Part shown: positions 63,694 through 64,000 of the stretch, piece by piece
How the letters are laid out: every line of letters starts with the position of its first letter
Position numbering within the stretch: position 1 is the stretch's first letter
Virus record (IMG/VR): IMGVR_UViG_3300023199_000204
Span: 248,001-312,000 of that record
DNA: 64,000 nucleotides
Strand: one strand, 5' to 3'
Notes under the pieces: model-generated
What the model was told of the DNA's origin: nothing
Database searches by the model: none
Seen by the model: only the letters and a program-made list of their open reading frames with translations
Translations under genes and position numbers: made by a program

Positions 63694-64000
63694 GGGGACG
63701 AAATGGATTCGACAGAGGCGACAAAGATAAATAAAGCAAGTAAGGGAATGTCTATTTTCTCTTTGAAAAATATAGGCAAAAATAAGTAACGAAAATTACG
63801 CACTTGCTGCCTAATTAGGTAGCACATCTGAAGTTTTCTCTCACTCGTGACGGAACTTCAAGATGTCAAATGAACGAGGTAATAATTATTCTTTTAGCGA
63901 TTGGGAATAATTATGAAATTTTAATTGCTTCGTAATTTAGTAGCTTGTTTATGGGCGACTTTATTATTAAATTAAATCATAAACTAAACTTGTAGATGTC
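63694..64000 (+). ncRNA. ssrA: tmRNA, 3' end truncated by the window
   Basis: 5' GGGGACGAAATGGATTCGACAG; internal tag ORF 63776-63814 reading AKISNENYALAA*. Confidence 0.9.

Noticed and set aside
5806-63827. Minus-strand ORFs in the track (e.g. 10848-11255, 11170-11619, 21507-21860, 35067-35429, 50055-50447)
   Set aside because: All shadow better-supported plus-strand genes or RNAs, have no recognisable motifs and show antisense-type composition.
1-64000. Genome-wide stop-codon reassignment (TAG or TGA)
   Set aside because: TAG and TGA end many genes exactly where homologous domains end or the next gene starts. The internal stops are of all three types, and no suppressor-anticodon tRNA was found.
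1-64000. CRISPR array or cas genes
   Set aside because: No regularly spaced direct repeats were seen. The recurring GGTTCGA(A/G)TCC strings are tRNA T loops.

Overview
An AT-rich segment, almost entirely coded on the + strand, that reads as part of a large (jumbo/huge) dsDNA bacteriophage genome. It has dense small hypothetical ORFs with AGGAG-type RBSs, about 35 tRNA or tRNA-like genes spread over 7.6-53.6 kb, and a tmRNA running off the right end. Auxiliary genes include thioredoxin, DHH phosphoesterase, M50 protease, NfuA-like, PurA, RdgB, Nudix, ferritin, an Rnl2-type RNA ligase, RNase H, glycosyltransferases, two DNA methyltransferases, a bL12 C-terminal domain, an isolated EF-Tu domain III and EF-Ts. 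No structural or replication core genes are present. Two features stand out. (1) Two short leader ORFs (13987-14082, 28845-28931), each followed by mutually exclusive antiterminator/terminator hairpins, sit in front of two different tRNA sets, and each leader's codons match the anticodons of the tRNAs downstream of it. This suggests tRNA-availability-sensing attenuators. (2) tRNA-Tyr (29116-29248) and tRNA-Lys(UUU) (31049-31195) are each interrupted between anticodon positions 35 and 36 by a nested tRNA-like element with a shared T-arm. RNase P/RNase Z excision followed by joining by the phage RNA ligase is a testable hypothesis. Caveats: many ORFs carry homopolymer frameshifts and in-frame stops (decay or assembly error), so single-base details need read-level confirmation. 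All annotations were made by eye with no database searches, and many small hypothetical ORFs are not listed individually.
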